Notes: generated by a model not told the origin, from the letters alone. Shown: positions 1 to 13,756, numbered from the stretch's first letter. The stretch: DNA of 64,000 nt from Sphyrna mokarran (GCA_024679065.1 JAGIQG010000002.1:137020001-137084000), one strand, 5' to 3'. Translations and numbers: made by a program.

Positions 1-518
1 ACTTTAACAGAATATCTAAGGAATCTTGCGTGCAGAGGATACTTGGCTTCCCTTAATAGTGCAACGTCTTCTTCAATCCAGTGAAACTTCAATTAACCTT
101 CAGTTTTCTTTATCCTCCCATGGAGGGGCCTGTGGTCCTCTCACCTGTACCCTTACGTGGTAAAGATTCTTTGCTTCCAACTGCATCATCAGGCCCTACT
201 GATGCTGTTATCATTAAACTATCTTCAGCAAGAATTTTGAAATGATCTTAAACCAGGAACAAAGGACCTAAAAATGTAGCAGTGCGACTCAAGCACTGCA
301 GTAAATTGAGGAGCCTGAAGCAGCCAAGACTTGAGATAAAATTAAACGGAGCCCAAGGGAACCGCTGAAGAAAGCAGGGTTATACCCAACACTGATCCAA
401 TACAGGCAGATCATTGAGATTCCTCTCTCCTTTGACTCAGTTCACACATGGTATGCCAAATGTTTAGAATAAATCCACAGAAAGAGTTTGGAAAACACAG
501 ATGATTTAAATTACTTAC

Positions 519-594
519 CAAAATGCGTTTCAGCAAATTCAATGCTGTTGGATTTTCTGCTGTCCAAAGACCCACCAAATGTCTACTCAATTGC
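519..594 (-). CDS. DNAJC13: DNAJC13/RME-8 coding exon (putative exon 18)
   Basis: Reads (R)[25 protein letters not shown]. cag acceptor, gtaagt donor, 76 nt, in phase with the previous exon. Confidence 0.95.
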
Positions 595-685
595 CTGAAA
601 GAACAATTTTTTTTAAACCCTTAAGTTTTTAAAAGAAACGAGATGCTTAGAATAGCAATACCACAACAAAAAAAATTCTACATAC

Positions 686-807
686 CTATTAGTCAGCATG
701 CGCTGGTCTGTACTAACTGTAAACATTGATGTATGCAAATGGCAAGGTAGGGCACCTTCACTTAAGGCAAGTTCCTGCATCTTTGTAGCTATTTCCTTGT
801 CACCTTC
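686..807 (-). CDS. DNAJC13: DNAJC13 coding exon (putative exon 17)
   Basis: [40 protein letters not shown](R). aag acceptor after a polypyrimidine tract, gtatg donor, 122 nt. Confidence 0.95.
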
Positions 808-1249
808 CTTGTTGGGGAAAAAAATAAATTTGATTTATTTACAAATGTGTTTTCAACAAACTGACTTGCAACCATGCTGAGAAATAGAGTATTTCCTTTC
901 TTTCTCCATCCCCCACTTCAATGTCAACCATTGTGATAAAGATAAATGCTATTTGAATTTGTGAATTACATCTTCACAACCCACTATACAAAAGCAAAGC
1001 ATCTCAAATGCATTCCCGCCCAAAAGTTAATTTGACTAGACAATAATTTACTGTAAATTATTTGAATTTCAACCAGAAGGACATTTCTTCTGATAAGTGT
1101 ATGCACATTTCACAATTCTGACATTTTAAAACAAACAAGTTGTTCATAAAAAGAAACAGCTTCAGATTTTTCCCCATTCTAAGAAAATAGTTACTATGTC
1201 ACCTCAAAATGATTGTACAATTCAGGGGCAGTGCAGGGCAGGAAGCTCT

Positions 1250-2215
1250 GCATTCTTGAACATAACAAGCTACCACACCCAAGAGGGTCCAGCGAATATA
1301 GGCCCAGTTGAACCAATCTCTCCTCCTAGGGACAGTCCCACCAACACTGGTAATGAGCCTAATGAACCTCTGCTGACTCCCTCAATGGCAAGTATATCCT
1401 TTCTTAGTAGGGAGGCCAAAACTGCATGCCAAGGCCCTGCAGTAAACATCCTTACTCCTGAACTCAAATCCTTTCACAATGAAAGCCAACATATCATTTG
1501 CCTTTCTAATTGTTTGCTGAAAGTGCAATGACTAGTATACAAGGACACCCAGAGCACTTTGTACATTTACACGGCCCAATATATTGCTATTTAAATAATA
1601 CTCTCCCTATTTTCACACCAAACCGTATCACTTCATATTTAGCCATCCTATAATGCATTTCCCATGTGTTTGCCCACTCATTTCCATTTGTTTAAATCAC
1701 AAAGTCTCCTTGCATTCTCAACTCAATTCCACCCAGTTTTGTCCCTGCTGTACCCCATTAGTCACTGCTTGCCTCTCAGAAAAAAAGACCTATTTATTCC
1801 TACTGTTTCATGTCTGTCAACCAATTCTTGGTCATGCCAACAAGTTTTCCCCCATATCCCATATGCTTTAATTTTGTCCGCTAACCTTTTATTAGGGACC
1901 TTATCAAAAGCTTTCTGAAGATCAAATACATCACATCCACTAGTCTTCCCTTGTAAATTCTAGTTGCATGTTCAAAAATTCCAGTAGATTTGTTAAATAG
2001 GATTTGCTTTTCATAAACCCACGTTGGCTTTGTCCAGTCTTGTTAATGCTTTCCGAATGTTCTGTTATCACAACTTTTATAATAGGCTCTAGCATCTTCA
2101 CTACTGATGCCAAATTAACTGCTCTGTAATTCCTTATTTTTTCCTCTCTCCCTCCCATTTTAAATAGTTGGGTTACATTTGCTACACTCCAATCTGTCAG
2201 AACTGCTCATGAGTC
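1250..2215 (-). mobile_element. Decayed CR1/HER1-like LINE ORF2 (RT) fragment
   Basis: ORF 1940-2158 NYRAVNLASVVKMLEPII...QSQRGFMKSKSYLTNLLEF resembles the CR1 RT NYRPVSLTS...QHGF..GKSCLTNLLEF motif. Confidence 0.85.
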
Positions 2216-2251
2216 CATACAATTAGTTAGGATTTTTATTGTATTACTCAC

Positions 2252-2308
2252 CTCTATAATAGCTTTCATGACTAAACCAGCACCTTTTACAATAGCCATG
2301 GAAGGGTG
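2252..2308 (-). CDS. DNAJC13: DNAJC13 coding exon (putative exon 16)
   Basis: HPSMAIVKGAGLVMKAIIE. tag/gtgagt, 57 nt. Confidence 0.95.
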
Positions 2309-2878
2309 CTAGGAATAAAAAGAAAACCCAATCACTAAATATCATCTTTAAACATAGTCACAAGAGTCCTGCAACTCATGAAAAACAAATACCATTTAGT
2401 AGGGTGAAAATAATATACATACACACACACATAGATCAATTACTCCACATACTTAGCCGTAATTCTTGAATAAAAATTCCTAAGTAGGAAATCTTGCTCC
2501 AAATTCTCTATATATTCAAGTAGCATAATCCATGGAGAAAGTTAGATCCATCAGTGATTTCCAACACCCGTAAAATCGCCCAGTATTTCAGTGTTGCAAC
2601 CTCAGCAATATTTCAGCATCAATGTGGCCCTCTCAGTAGAATTGCCATCTGTGAGGTGGGTAGTACCAAATAGTTATATGCTATCCACACGCATAAATAT
2701 AATGAGACTGCCCTAAACATATTTTATAGTTTAGTTATTTGCCAAATCGATAAGACCAGCCTGGGTATGCCTTGCAAAATCCAACATTTCAATCCAATGG
2801 ATTATCCAAGTCCTTTTCAGAGAGAAGGTGTCAAGAATTAAATTCTTTTAAAAAAAAACTTTGTGACAGAAGGTTTAC

Positions 2879-3034
2879 CTGGAAAAGCTTGAACAAGGTT
2901 CTTCCAATCTCTGCTACCATTTCTAATAGCATGTCAAACTGCTGTCCTTCAGTTGTTTCGCTATAAGGAGCGCAGAGTGCAAAGGTAAGAAAATCCAGAA
3001 GAGAACTAATCACTAGTGCACCAGTCCCATGGTC
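2879..3034 (-). CDS. DNAJC13: DNAJC13 coding exon (putative exon 15)
   Basis: [52 protein letters not shown]. cag/gtaa, 156 nt. Confidence 0.97.
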
Positions 3035-3309
3035 CTGCAGAGAAAAAATTACACAGCCTGAGAACAGCGGTGGACTGACATCACTGATTAATGAGAAAGT
3101 TTCAATGTCTCAGTCAATACCGTGTTTCACGTGGAACTAAGTAATGAGCCAGGAAAATTTCAAATTCAAACCCCATTGAGATCAGAAGGCCCAAGCAGGA
3201 ATTATGGCAATGACGCAGTAACTGATCAGTGTTCTTCAGCCAAGAAGAACATGACTAAACAAACCTCACTCAATTCCACTTCAAAAGTCTATCTGCAGAA
3301 CAGCTTCTA

Positions 3310-3566
3310 TCAGAAAAAAGATGGAAAAGTCAGGAGGTCACATACCAAACAACTCAAGAACAGCTTCTTTCCTGCTGCCATCAGACTTTTGAACGGACCT
3401 ACCTCACACTAAGTTGATCTTTTCTCTATATCACGGCTATGACTAACTCTGCATTCTGCACTTCCCTGTCTCCTTCTCCATGAATGGTATGCTTGTTTTG
3501 TATAGCACGCAAGAAACAATACTTTTCATTATATACTAAAATATGTGACAATAATAAATCAAATCA
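3310..3566 (+). mobile_element. Rex1/Babar-like LINE 3' end
   Basis: LKNSFFPAAIRLLNG C-terminus and tail TGTGACAATAATAAATCAAATC. Homologous to 27965-28365 and 49790-50355. Confidence 0.75.
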
Positions 3567-4979
3567 GATTTTAAATGTTAAAAAAAAACAATGACAACTA
3601 CTTTGAAGTAACATGTATATAATCACTTGGGCATGGGACCAGACTACTGATAACGGAGTAGAATCCTAACCTGGATCCAGTGCATTAGAAACTAAAATCA
3701 CAGATTTTTCATTCAGTTATCTTCCCCTGATATAACTTGACAGCAGAATCAAAAATAAATTGGATTTTAAAAAAAGGGTTTCAGTACCAATGGTTCATTG
3801 AAAAATCAGTGAGAGAATAGGAATGTCTCCACTGTAATTACATTTTTTGTTCTTTTGGGGTGGGAATGAAAGGGTATGGTTCCCAGAAGAGGAGGAGGTT
3901 TTAGTTCAGTCGGGCAGCATGGTCAGTGCAGGCATGGAGGGACGAAGGACCTGTTCCTGTACTGTAATTTTCTTTGTTCTTTATTAATGAGCACCATGTA
4001 CTAAAATACTTCCTGTACACAAGAACGTTGTGCAAGGATTCAACAAACCTAACGAAAGACAAGGTTAATATCCTATACTACCTCATGTTCTTTACAGGCA
4101 TCTTCCTTCAACATTTTCCTCTTTAGCTTTCTCAATGCCCCATCTCATCACCGCACCCTCCCCCCCTCAATTTTTTGGGCTTTTATCTCACGTTTCCCCG
4201 ATTCAAATCTTATCACTTCCTGTGTCATGGGTTCTTTCCAGGTTTAGTGAATGTGTGGGAACAAATCAAACAGCCAGGTGGGTGAACGTGAAGTGAGGCT
4301 ATTTATTATAAAACGACAGAGCCCAGAGATGACTCTTCATTGGCATGGCATTCTTGAACATCTTTTTGACATCCCCTCCCCACCCAAACCAAAACAAACA
4401 TCAGTGGCTTTGGAATCCTGGGATCCAGACTGTATGAGACAAAACTGAACTCACAAAGCATGTTGCTGCAAAGAGCTAGGCACAAGAATAGGCAACTTTC
4501 TGAAATCATGTGCCCGCAAAAGCTGTCGCTGAATGCAGAACAGGTCACCTTTTCCCCTTGCCCCATATTTCTTCAGCTTCTTTAAGCCTCAGCAGATTAA
4601 CTTTTGGCACAAACACATCATCCACATGGAATTCTTATGTAAAGGGTTTGTCAACCCCATTGTAAAATAAATGCACTATGCCCGATTGAGAATAAGGAGA
4701 AATAATTTGCTTACACGAAGAAAAAGCGTAAATCCTCTGGTTATCCAAAACTGGCTGTTTATATTACAGCTCTATAATTTGCATTAATGACAATATTGGA
4801 TAAATTAATTTAAACTGCATTTTCAGGTAAGCTGCATTCTATCAACTCAGTGTAGGACGCATGAAAATCTTTGTACTTTTTTTAAAAACAAAAACTAGTT
4901 TAAAAAGGTGCCTTGTGAAATTTCATTGCGTAATTACCAAAATTGCAATTCTTCCCCGTGTAATTTGAAAGAGGCTTAC

Positions 4980-5087
4980 CACATGGGCATTGAATTTATC
5001 AAGTAAATTTTCTAAAAACTTCTTTGAAGAAAGAAGTGATGCTTTGTTCAGCTGCTCTTGTCTCAAGTCGTAGTCATCATGCATAGG
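4980..5087 (-). CDS. DNAJC13: DNAJC13 coding exon (putative exon 14)
   Basis: [36 protein letters not shown]. tag/gtaag, 108 nt. Confidence 0.96.
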
Positions 5088-5679
5088 CTAAAGGAGATAA
5101 TATTGAAAAGTCTTTACTACAGGAATAACTCATTTTCAAAATGATATTGACTTCAAAAATCATGTTCCAAGATTTGTACAATATAAAGAATTAAGGTCAA
5201 TAACATCTAAGAATCCTTGAAGATGTAGAATATCTGTACGTGCACCGTAAAGTTAAAGGCTGGTTCAACTTTTATCTTTTGTGTATTGGTACTCCGACAA
5301 AGATCAACTGAAATGTATTCATGATTTTATAAGTATAAAACTCCCAGATAACATTTCCGTAGTACAGATCTAGCTCAGTGCAAAAATGTCAATTTTATCA
5401 CCACAAAGTAACATATGTTTCAGTGTCGTTTTCTTCTTGCGTTACATGAAAGACATATTCTGAGTTATGTTCGGGAGAGATATTCCTTTCCCACAGGCTC
5501 CCTCAGATTTTCCTTACAGCAGAACAACAGCACACAAATGCAATTCTGTATTTAATTGCTTTACACTTCAAGTTGTGATGTTCAAGTTGCAACTTTCACT
5601 CAGCACTTGGGAGCAAAGCACAATGAATAGGAATATATTGAGACAGAACCCAAGGATGTTGCTCACAGTATAGTTAAGA

Positions 5680-6600
5680 GGGAAACCAGCGAACGTGATG
5701 CATTTGGATTGTCATAAGGTTTTCCTTTCAGCTTCCTGTGTGGGAACCTAGCAAACAAAATTGGGGTCAAGGGGACTGGCAGATGGAACATAATGTGGAA
5801 GAGAGGTTATTCACTTTGGCAGGAGGGATGGAAGAGGAGTTCATTTTCATCAAGAGATTAGAAAGTATTAATATCAAAAGGAACTTATTCATAAATCACT
5901 GAAAGCTAATATGTCAGGCAACAAGCAATTTGGAAGGCAAAGGGTATATTGGCCTTTACTGGAAAAAGATTTGAGTACAGGAATAAAGATGCCCTGTTTC
6001 AATTGTACAGTACCTGTATTGTGTACAATTTTGGTCCCCTGATCCAAGGAAGGATATACCTGACACTGAAGAGAAGAGTTTCACCAGACTAATTCCTGGA
6101 ATGACAGGAGTGTCCTCCGAGGAGAGCTGGAGAAGACCAGGCCGATTATTCTAATAGAGTTTTGATGAATGGGAAGTGAAACTCTGTTTGAAACGTACAA
6201 AATATTTTTACAAGAGCTAGACAGGTAGATACTGAAAAAGGATGTTTCCCTTAGCTGGGGGCTCTAAGGGACAGACTCAGAATATGAGGGTAAACCATTT
6301 AGGATTGAGACGAGGAGAAATTTCTTCCCTCAAACTATGGTGAATTCTCACTCCCAGAAGACCGTGGANNNNNNNNNNNNNNNNNNNNNNNNNNNNNNNN
6401 NNNNNNNNNNNNNNNNNNNNNNNNNNNNNNNNNNNNNNNNNNNNNNNNNNNNNNNNNNNNNNNNNNNNNNNNNNNNNNNNNNNNNNNNNNNNNNNNNNNN
6501 NTGATATTGCAGTAAAGTGGCTTTGAGGTAGATGGTCAGCCATAATCTTGTTGAATGGCAGAGTAGGCTGCAGGGCCTACTCTTGTTCCTATGTTCCAAA
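5680..6600 (+). mobile_element. Decayed CR1/HER1 LINE 3' fragment (spans the assembly gap)
   Basis: Similar to the intact CR1 copy at 50365-51232. Ends in a ggcctactcttgttcctatg tail. Confidence 0.8.
6369..6501. other. Assembly gap (133 N)
   Basis: Run of N. Confidence 1.
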
Positions 6601-6889
6601 TAGGAAGACAGCCAAAGAGGTGAGAGATAAGATGGGCAAAATTGTGGACAGATTTGGAAGAAGTCGAGGATATTTTAATCATTCCAGTAGAGTATGGGAA
6701 CTAGTACAAATTGGCAACATGGGTGGGAAATAAATTATTCATTCTTGAATGAGTTGTAATTTGTGGAGACATGAGGCTTAGTTGGAGACTATTTGAGAAG
6801 TCCAGCCTTGAGGCAAATAAATAGAAAAATTTTCTGATCAAAGAAATATTCAAAAGATCGAGAGTGAACTGCACTCACAAATTTATGAG

Positions 6890-7650
6890 AAGAATATGGC
6901 AGATTTCAGAAGGACATTGGCTGGTAAAATGAGCAGATAAATGGTGAAATTTAATACAGAGAAGTGTAGAGTGACATAATTTAAAAGGGAAGTATGAGGG
7001 GAAGCAATAGAAGCTAAGTGATTCAATTTTAAATTAACGCAGAACAGAAACTTTGCGTTCAGGATGAGTCAGACAGTTGAAAAGCAAATAGGATGATTTG
7101 TTTTATAGAAGTTTAAGAATGCAAAAGCAAGGAAATATGCTAAACTTTTACCAAAATAAATGGTTCGACCTCAGCTGGAGCAGTGCATCCAATTCTGGTC
7201 ACCCACACTTTAGAACGCAAAAGGAGACTTATTAAAATGGTTACACAGATGAAGAATTCCAGTTAGGTTAGAAATGGAAGAAGTTGCAATTGTTCTAAGA
7301 GGAGACATGGTTAAGGGAGATTTAACAGCAGTGTTCAGAACTTTGATACGGGCAGATAAACGAAGACACACTGCTTCCATTGGCAGAGGGGTCAATATAC
7401 AGAGGAAACACATTTAAGGTAATTGGGGAAAACTGCCTAGGGGAGATGAGAATTATTTTAAATGCAAGTCATGATCTGGAATACTGACAGGATTGCACAA
7501 GCAGGTTCAACATTGTTTGTAAGGGAACAGAATAAATAATTGAAAAAGAGAAATTTTCAGGACTTTGGGGAAAGAGGACTAATTGAACAGCTCTTCCGAA
7601 CAGGGAATACAAGTGTAATGGGCTGATTGACCACCTTCTCTGTACAATCC
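6890..7650 (+). mobile_element. Decayed CR1-like LINE fragment
   Basis: Remnants of RPQLEYCVQFWSPH (cgacctcagctggagcagtgcatccaattctggtcaccca) and a CR1-type 3' region. Confidence 0.75.
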
Positions 7651-7817
7651 AATAACTGCTTAAGCTGCAAAGCAAAGTAAATGGTTGGTGTTTTTAATCT
7701 ACTATTTGCTAAAAAAACACTGATTTTACTTAATGTTTTAATTTTTTGTACAAAAGGATTATTGAATCTGATAATAGGAAGGTCAATGAATAAAATTTAG
7801 TATTATCTTGCACTTAC

Positions 7818-7917
7818 ACACATCAGGGCACACAACATATCAATGGCAGCATGAGTAACACCATCATGGTTTCTTTTTAAAGCTTTCACTGTCTTCACAC
7901 CAAGCCTCTCCCGAAAT
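7818..7917 (-). CDS. DNAJC13: DNAJC13 coding exon (putative exon 13)
   Basis: [33 protein letters not shown]. tag/gtaagt, 100 nt. Confidence 0.95.
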
Positions 7918-8589
7918 CTAAATATACAAAAAGGAAAGAATAAAATGCTTCACATTACAAACAGTGGCATATATGCTGCGCGCTGCTCAGGCCCTTTATA
8001 GAAATGTAGCACAAAAGCTCAGTTTGATCAAAGTAAGTGTTAAAGAAAAGTCTGATAATGTCTTCACTAATGAAGGTTTAGGAGAAAAAGGCAGGAGAAT
8101 GGGGATGAGAAAAATATCAACCATGATTGAATGGCGGGAGCAGACTTGATGGGCCGAGTGGCCTAATTCTATTCCTATGTCTTTTGGTCTTATATCAACA
8201 GACAACAAGCAAAAGAACTTTTTAAAAAAAAGTACAAGACTGAAAGCAAATGTCAAACCAGCTACAGATATAGTCCTCATGAGAGAGAAAAGACAAGTCA
8301 CTGAATGGAATAAGATAGAGATAAGATGGGCAAAATTTCACATAGCATCAACTACAAATCTAACATGCACCATCTTGACCATTCCAACCAAACTCAAGCT
8401 CCAGATTTGCTGATAGTGGGTCAGTCAACTTGGCTACATTTCATTCCAGCCCATTACTCAATATTGACAGGTTCACTGAAGAACATTTACTGTACAGAGA
8501 ACTTCTTTTTTAAGAACTAAATTGAGCATCCCAATTCAGAGTCAAGTGGGAGTCGGGAGACCTTTCAACGTAATAAGTGAATTCCTTAC

Positions 8590-8759
8590 TTGGGAAGTTT
8601 TGTAAATGCTTGAAAGCCAGCCTTTGAAGCAACCAGTCGTCTCACAGCCTGAAACTGGCTCTCCAATTCTGCATTATTAGCGGTTTGATCCCCTTCTTGA
8701 GATAGTAAAGCCGTGATAGCGTTATTAATAAGTTTCTCTTTGTTCTCAGAAAAGAGACC
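8590..8759 (-). CDS. DNAJC13: DNAJC13 coding exon (putative exon 12)
   Basis: [56 protein letters not shown](K). tag/gtaag, 170 nt. Confidence 0.96.
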
Positions 8760-8857
8760 CTACAGAAAAGACAATTCTCTTTAAAGTTTACTGCCTCAGA
8801 TTTTAAAAAGTGGACATTTGAAAGGCTTGCAAGGCTTTGAAGGAAAATTATTCTTAC

Positions 8858-8937
8858 ATCTTGAGTCACTGCATGCAGAACTCCACTGTATGAGATGTTA
8901 GCATTAAACCTGAACACTGCTTCTGAAAAGCTGCCGT
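8858..8937 (-). CDS. DNAJC13: DNAJC13 coding exon (putative exon 11)
   Basis: (N)[26 protein letters not shown]. cag/gtaag, 80 nt. Confidence 0.96.
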
Positions 8938-9395
8938 CTGAAATGCAACATGAAATTAAACTTGAGTACAATGATAGAATTTTCCATCAAACTGTTCACT
9001 GCATATACTGCAAAGTTATCTTCAATTGCATTTATCTTTAGTCAAGTTAAAATTAATCTTCGTTCATGCTTTTAGAGACAGCTGCACTATAAAATCAGTT
9101 ATTTCAAAGCCATGTGTTGCAAACATGAAGTGTCAAGCTTTTTTCAATATGCCAGAATATAACATTACAGGATATCCACGCTGTGCATTCTACAATGAAA
9201 TTAAATGTTTCACTGAGGAACGCATATCTGAGGGACAACTACTCTGACAAAATACAAAGGTAAAACTAAATGAAGTAATTGCAAACTGAATTTTACATTA
9301 GTCTGATCATCCAAAGCAATGGCAAATACCAGAAATGTGAAACAGAAAGACACATCAGGAACAATCTTGCTGATTAAACACATCAGTGCACTTAC

Positions 9396-9562
9396 TTGGT
9401 GGGGCATTTAGAAACCTAAGATGCAGACTTTCTACTTCCTCATCCACTGGCATACTCAGTAGCCCCCATCTCTGCCCTTTCAAAGTTGGTATCATCCTCA
9501 CACAGACATCCCTGTTACCAGAAGCTCTCACTCCATCTAGCAAACTAGCCATTAAGGAGTCT
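9396..9562 (-). CDS. DNAJC13: DNAJC13 coding exon (putative exon 10)
   Basis: [55 protein letters not shown]. cag/gtaagt, 167 nt. Confidence 0.97.
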
Positions 9563-10629
9563 CTGTGGAAAGGGAGATAAAAGAAGCTGTTTAATACAGA
9601 TAATTGGTATAGGATTTGTTACAGTATTCATATTTACTACTGTAAAATTTCATCAAACACAATCCTTAATCAATCCATTCCCAAGTCTCAAAAACACAAT
9701 CGACCAGAGCAAAGCAGTTGTATCCTGTCCTGTACATTCCTATGCTACAAAATTCTTCATATATGGAAATGTCTAATTCTTAAGGTGAGCAATGGATATT
9801 TCATAAATGAAATTAGGGATTTTGGACTTTCATGTGAAAGGAGAGTTTTGGAACCTATTCTTTCAAGATCGTGTTTCCTTTTGAACAAAACTCAGGACAA
9901 CGTTTATCCCAGGATTGTAACATGAACAAGAGAATTAAATTCAATAGAATGAATACTTGGTAAGAGAGCATAATCTGGTTAAAGTATAAACACAAATGAA
10001 GGACGATTCACATGCAATGAAATTACAATGACTCCTTTGGGATCAACAACTCTAAGAACCAACAGTGTGCATGAAACAAAAGACGGAGAGAAATTGTTAA
10101 ATTTGATCATGTTCAGGCAGCGGGTATCATTGCGTCAAATTCTCAGTGATAAACTCTTCAGAGGACACAGGCCACCAACAACAGTAAAAAACATTTGCTA
10201 ATGGAAACCATGAGAAGGCAATTGAAAGGGGAAAAAAAACATTGATAGTTGATCTGCCCAGTAACAGACTTTGGGAGAGTTGAAAATAAAGTACGACAGG
10301 GTTACAGTGATTGCAAAGCACAACCAGTTAGAGATTAAAACTTGACTCTTCATCCCCTAAAACTGACAAGCTTTTGGAATTGCACTCCTCAGATAAGATG
10401 GTGTGGCATCTTTATCTAGAAAGCTATAGTGGCAACAGCATTATTTAGAGACTTTCAAATCATTCAAGAGCTCTACAATACCAATTCCTCAGTTTCACAT
10501 ATTGGCACCTTTCAACATGATTAGCTTCATCCAGCTCCACAGTAGATGTCACTTCTAAATGTTTTGAGATACCTTGGCTCCCCAGTGACAGACTGTTTAA
10601 AAATACAGTAGCTTTTAAAAAGATTGAAC

Positions 10630-11800
10630 ACAAATCAAGACAACAGTGTTCAGGGATGAAAGGCTTCTGTTATGCGGCAACTAGAGAAGCTGGAATTATT
10701 TTCCTTAAAGGGAAGAAAGGTCAAGACAGAAATTTAATTGTTTAAAATTACAATGGGTTTTTAATCAAGTAGGAGGTAACAGTTTCAACTGACAGGAGGG
10801 CCAGTAACAGAGAACACAGGTTGAAAGATTATGAGCAAAACTAACAAGGAGATAAGTACAATTTGATAAATATTGCTTAAGAGAACAAATGGAATAAGAG
10901 CAGACCATTCAGCCTTTGAGCCTTTTCTGCCAGTTAAATTACAGGTGATCTGTATCAACTCCTTCCAACTACCTTTGTTCCACTACCTCTCGATACCCTG
11001 CTCTAAAATAAACCTATCCATCTCAGTTTTGACATTTTCAATTGAGATAGCCTCAACAATATTTTATTAAAACGTAAAGTGTGTTCCAGAATTACAATAA
11101 TTCTTATATGAAGCCTTTTTTCTCCGACAATATTCCTGAACAGTCTAGCCAATTTCAGAGATATTCCAGACTACTAGCCTCATTTAGGCAATCATAATTG
11201 AACCCTTTTAAGCCAGGCATCATTCTGATAAATTTGAACTGCACTCTCATCTGTCAATATAGCCATCCCAAAGTGCAGTACCCAGACCTAAAGGCGGTAC
11301 TCTAAATGAGCCTACCCAGAACTCTTATGATGCAATGTCACGTCTGTCCCTTTATTTCCTGACCCCTTGAGATAAAAGCCCACATTAGCTTTTTCAATTT
11401 TTTTTTTAACCCATACTTTAGCATTTAGGGTTTCTCCACTTGATCTCCCAAATCACTCTGCTGGTCCACAGTTCCAGACTTGTCACCATTTAGGCCATTC
11501 TGACCCACTAAGTTCAATGGACAACTATATATTTTCACACATTGAATCACATCTGCCAGTTTTGTCCATTCACAATCAATGGCACTTTGCAAATTACTAT
11601 TTCCGAACTATACTACTTACTGCACTAACTTGGTGTTAGTAAAATTGGATGCAACTTTCTAGCCCTTCCTCCAAATCATGATAAAATATAGTAAAAATCT
11701 GGCAAACACCAGTCACATTATGACAATCGGAGGATATTCCCATTATCCTCACTGTCTCCTGCTTCCTTGCCAATCCCCTATCCACGTCAATAGGTTGCCT
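10630..11800. mobile_element. Old CR1-like fragments in both orientations
   Basis: Degenerate CR1 ORF2 3' motifs: plus strand ~10630-10860, minus strand ~10880-11800. Confidence 0.55.
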
Positions 11801-12071
11801 TCAATTCCACAAAAAGATGGTGAGAGCAAGATTTAATAGTAGCTTTGGAAAGATAATTGGATCTCATTTTAAAAAGTAGATTGTCAAGTCTATGGGACAA
11901 GGCCAGAGTGCTATGCTAATTGGTAGCTCTGAGGGCCAGCACAGGCAGTGGTTCACCATGTAACTATGAAAGAGAAAGAATTCTTGGAAATTAAAAAGGT
12001 CAATAGCATATTTAAAAAACGTTTCTCTTGGCTGTTGTAAGCCAAAAACTAGATGCCCATGTTGTGTATAT

Positions 12072-12370
12072 GGCAGCACAGTGGGTATAGTGTTGCTGCC
12101 TCACAAAGCCAAGGGTTCAATTCCGGCCTCAGATGACTGTGCGTGGAGTTTGTACGTTCTTCCCATATCTGCATGAGTTGCCTCTGGGTGCTCTGGTTTC
12201 CTGCCACAATCCCACATTAGGTTGATTGGCTATGTTAAATTGCCCTTTAGTATCAGGAGAATTAGCTGGGTAAATATGTGGGCTTATGGGTATAAGGCCT
12301 GGCTTGGATTGTGGTCAATGTAGGTTCGATGGACCAAATGGCTTTCTTCTGAACAGCAGGGATTCTATGT
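12072..12370 (+). mobile_element. HE1/V-SINE with CR1-type tail
   Basis: tRNA-like head (ggcagcacagtgg...ggttcaattcc), V-domain, tail aaatggctttcttctgaacagcagggattctatg. Confidence 0.85.
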
Positions 12371-12512
12371 TGCTCAGTTTACAAGTCAAAACAATCAGAA
12401 AGTGGATACTTGAATACTGCATCAGTTCCTTCACGGATAGAGCATCAGGACTGTTTCTCTTCCTAGCATACACTGTAAACCAAATTACAATAGCATAGAG
12501 AGAATCTCATAC

Positions 12513-12604
12513 CTTTCTGTTGAAGAATACTTGTAGACCTGCCCTTTAATATATTCAATAGTAAACCGTTGAGGATTTTCAGAATCAAGCACTAGAGCAA
12601 ATAT
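12513..12604 (-). CDS. DNAJC13: DNAJC13 coding exon (putative exon 9)
   Basis: [30 protein letters not shown](R). cag/gtatg, 92 nt. Confidence 0.95.
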
Positions 12605-12799
12605 CTGTGGGGGTGGGAATGAAATTTGTTGTAGTTGAATGTTAAACAGTCTCTTCAATATTTCACTAACACAGAAAAAGTCTGCCAAACTGTTCAGCAT
12701 CAACAAAAAGACAACTACAAACATAATCCATAAAGCATTCATTGTAACTCCAATTACAGATGGATATTGATGAAGGGCATTTTCCAAATTAAGTTCAAA

Positions 12800-13045
12800 G
12801 CCAGATTTCAATTGATTCCCAGCTTCTGTTACTGTCTGTGGGGAATTTGCACATTCTCACCATGTCTGCATGGGTTTCCTCTAGGTGCTCTGGTTTCTTC
12901 CCACAGATGTGCTGGTTAAGTGCACTGGTTATACTAAATTCCCCCTCAGCGTATCCAAACAGGTGCCAGAGTGTGGCAACTAGGGGATTTTCACAATAAC
13001 TTCATTGCAGTGTTAATGTGACACTAATAAATAAACTTTCACTTT
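12800..13045 (+). mobile_element. HE1-headed SINE with alternative tail
   Basis: V-domain followed by ggggattttcacaataacttcattgcagtgttaatgtgacactaataaataaactt. Confidence 0.8.
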
Positions 13046-13405
13046 ACTTCGAGTTCCAAACTGCAACATAGGGTGTCAGTGGTTTGATTGAACTATCTAG
13101 GCAATAGTTCAATTTTCTTAGTTTTCAAGCAAGATATTCTAATTTTTAATGCCTAATAGTTTACCAAAACCACTGGTCTGAAAGCAGTACCTGTGCAATA
13201 TCAAATGTCATTCTTCTGATCTTTAAATCAAATTCTGCAGCTAGTGGTTTTTCCTATCTCAAACACAATCTCAACCTGGGGACCTTTAAGAATAATATTT
13301 TTCTAGCATTTCAAAACACTCTGCATATCTCAAGCTTCTCATTTATTTTGCCTAGGCAGTGATCACTGCATTTCAAACTAATTGAAGAAAAGTACGTGAA
13401 ATGTT

Positions 13406-13638
13406 TTGGGCCTGAGACATTAAGAGCACTTTACAGATGCTTCTCCAATAGGGCAATTTAGCAGGATAAAATATTGATATGAATACTTTTTTGAAATTCC
13501 CATACAAGTTGGCAAAAAACTGTTGGGCCTGAGACATTAAGAGCACTTTACAGATGCTTCTCCAATAGGGCAATTTAGCAGGATAAAATATTGGTATGAA
13601 TACTTTTTTTGAAATTCCCATACAAGTTGGCAAAAAAA
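13406..13638. repeat. Near-perfect tandem duplication of ~117 bp
   Basis: ttgggcctgagacattaagagcac...catacaagttggcaaaaaa occurs at 13406 and 13523. Confidence 0.95.
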
Positions 13639-13756
13639 GTGTGAGATGCATGACAATGCATCTCCCAGTAATTAGAAAAGCAAAGATAGACATGAATCAT
13701 TTTCTTGCTCTTGACTACCTTAAAGAAAGGCATATTGATTGAAAAATGGTACAAAC

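Noticed and set aside
595-685. Very short introns (91 nt here, 98 nt at 8760-8857)
   Set aside because: Canonical GT-AG introns within the normal vertebrate minimal size range.
12072-12130. tRNA genes suggested by A/B boxes
   Set aside because: The boxes belong to SINE heads; no cloverleaf or terminator is present.
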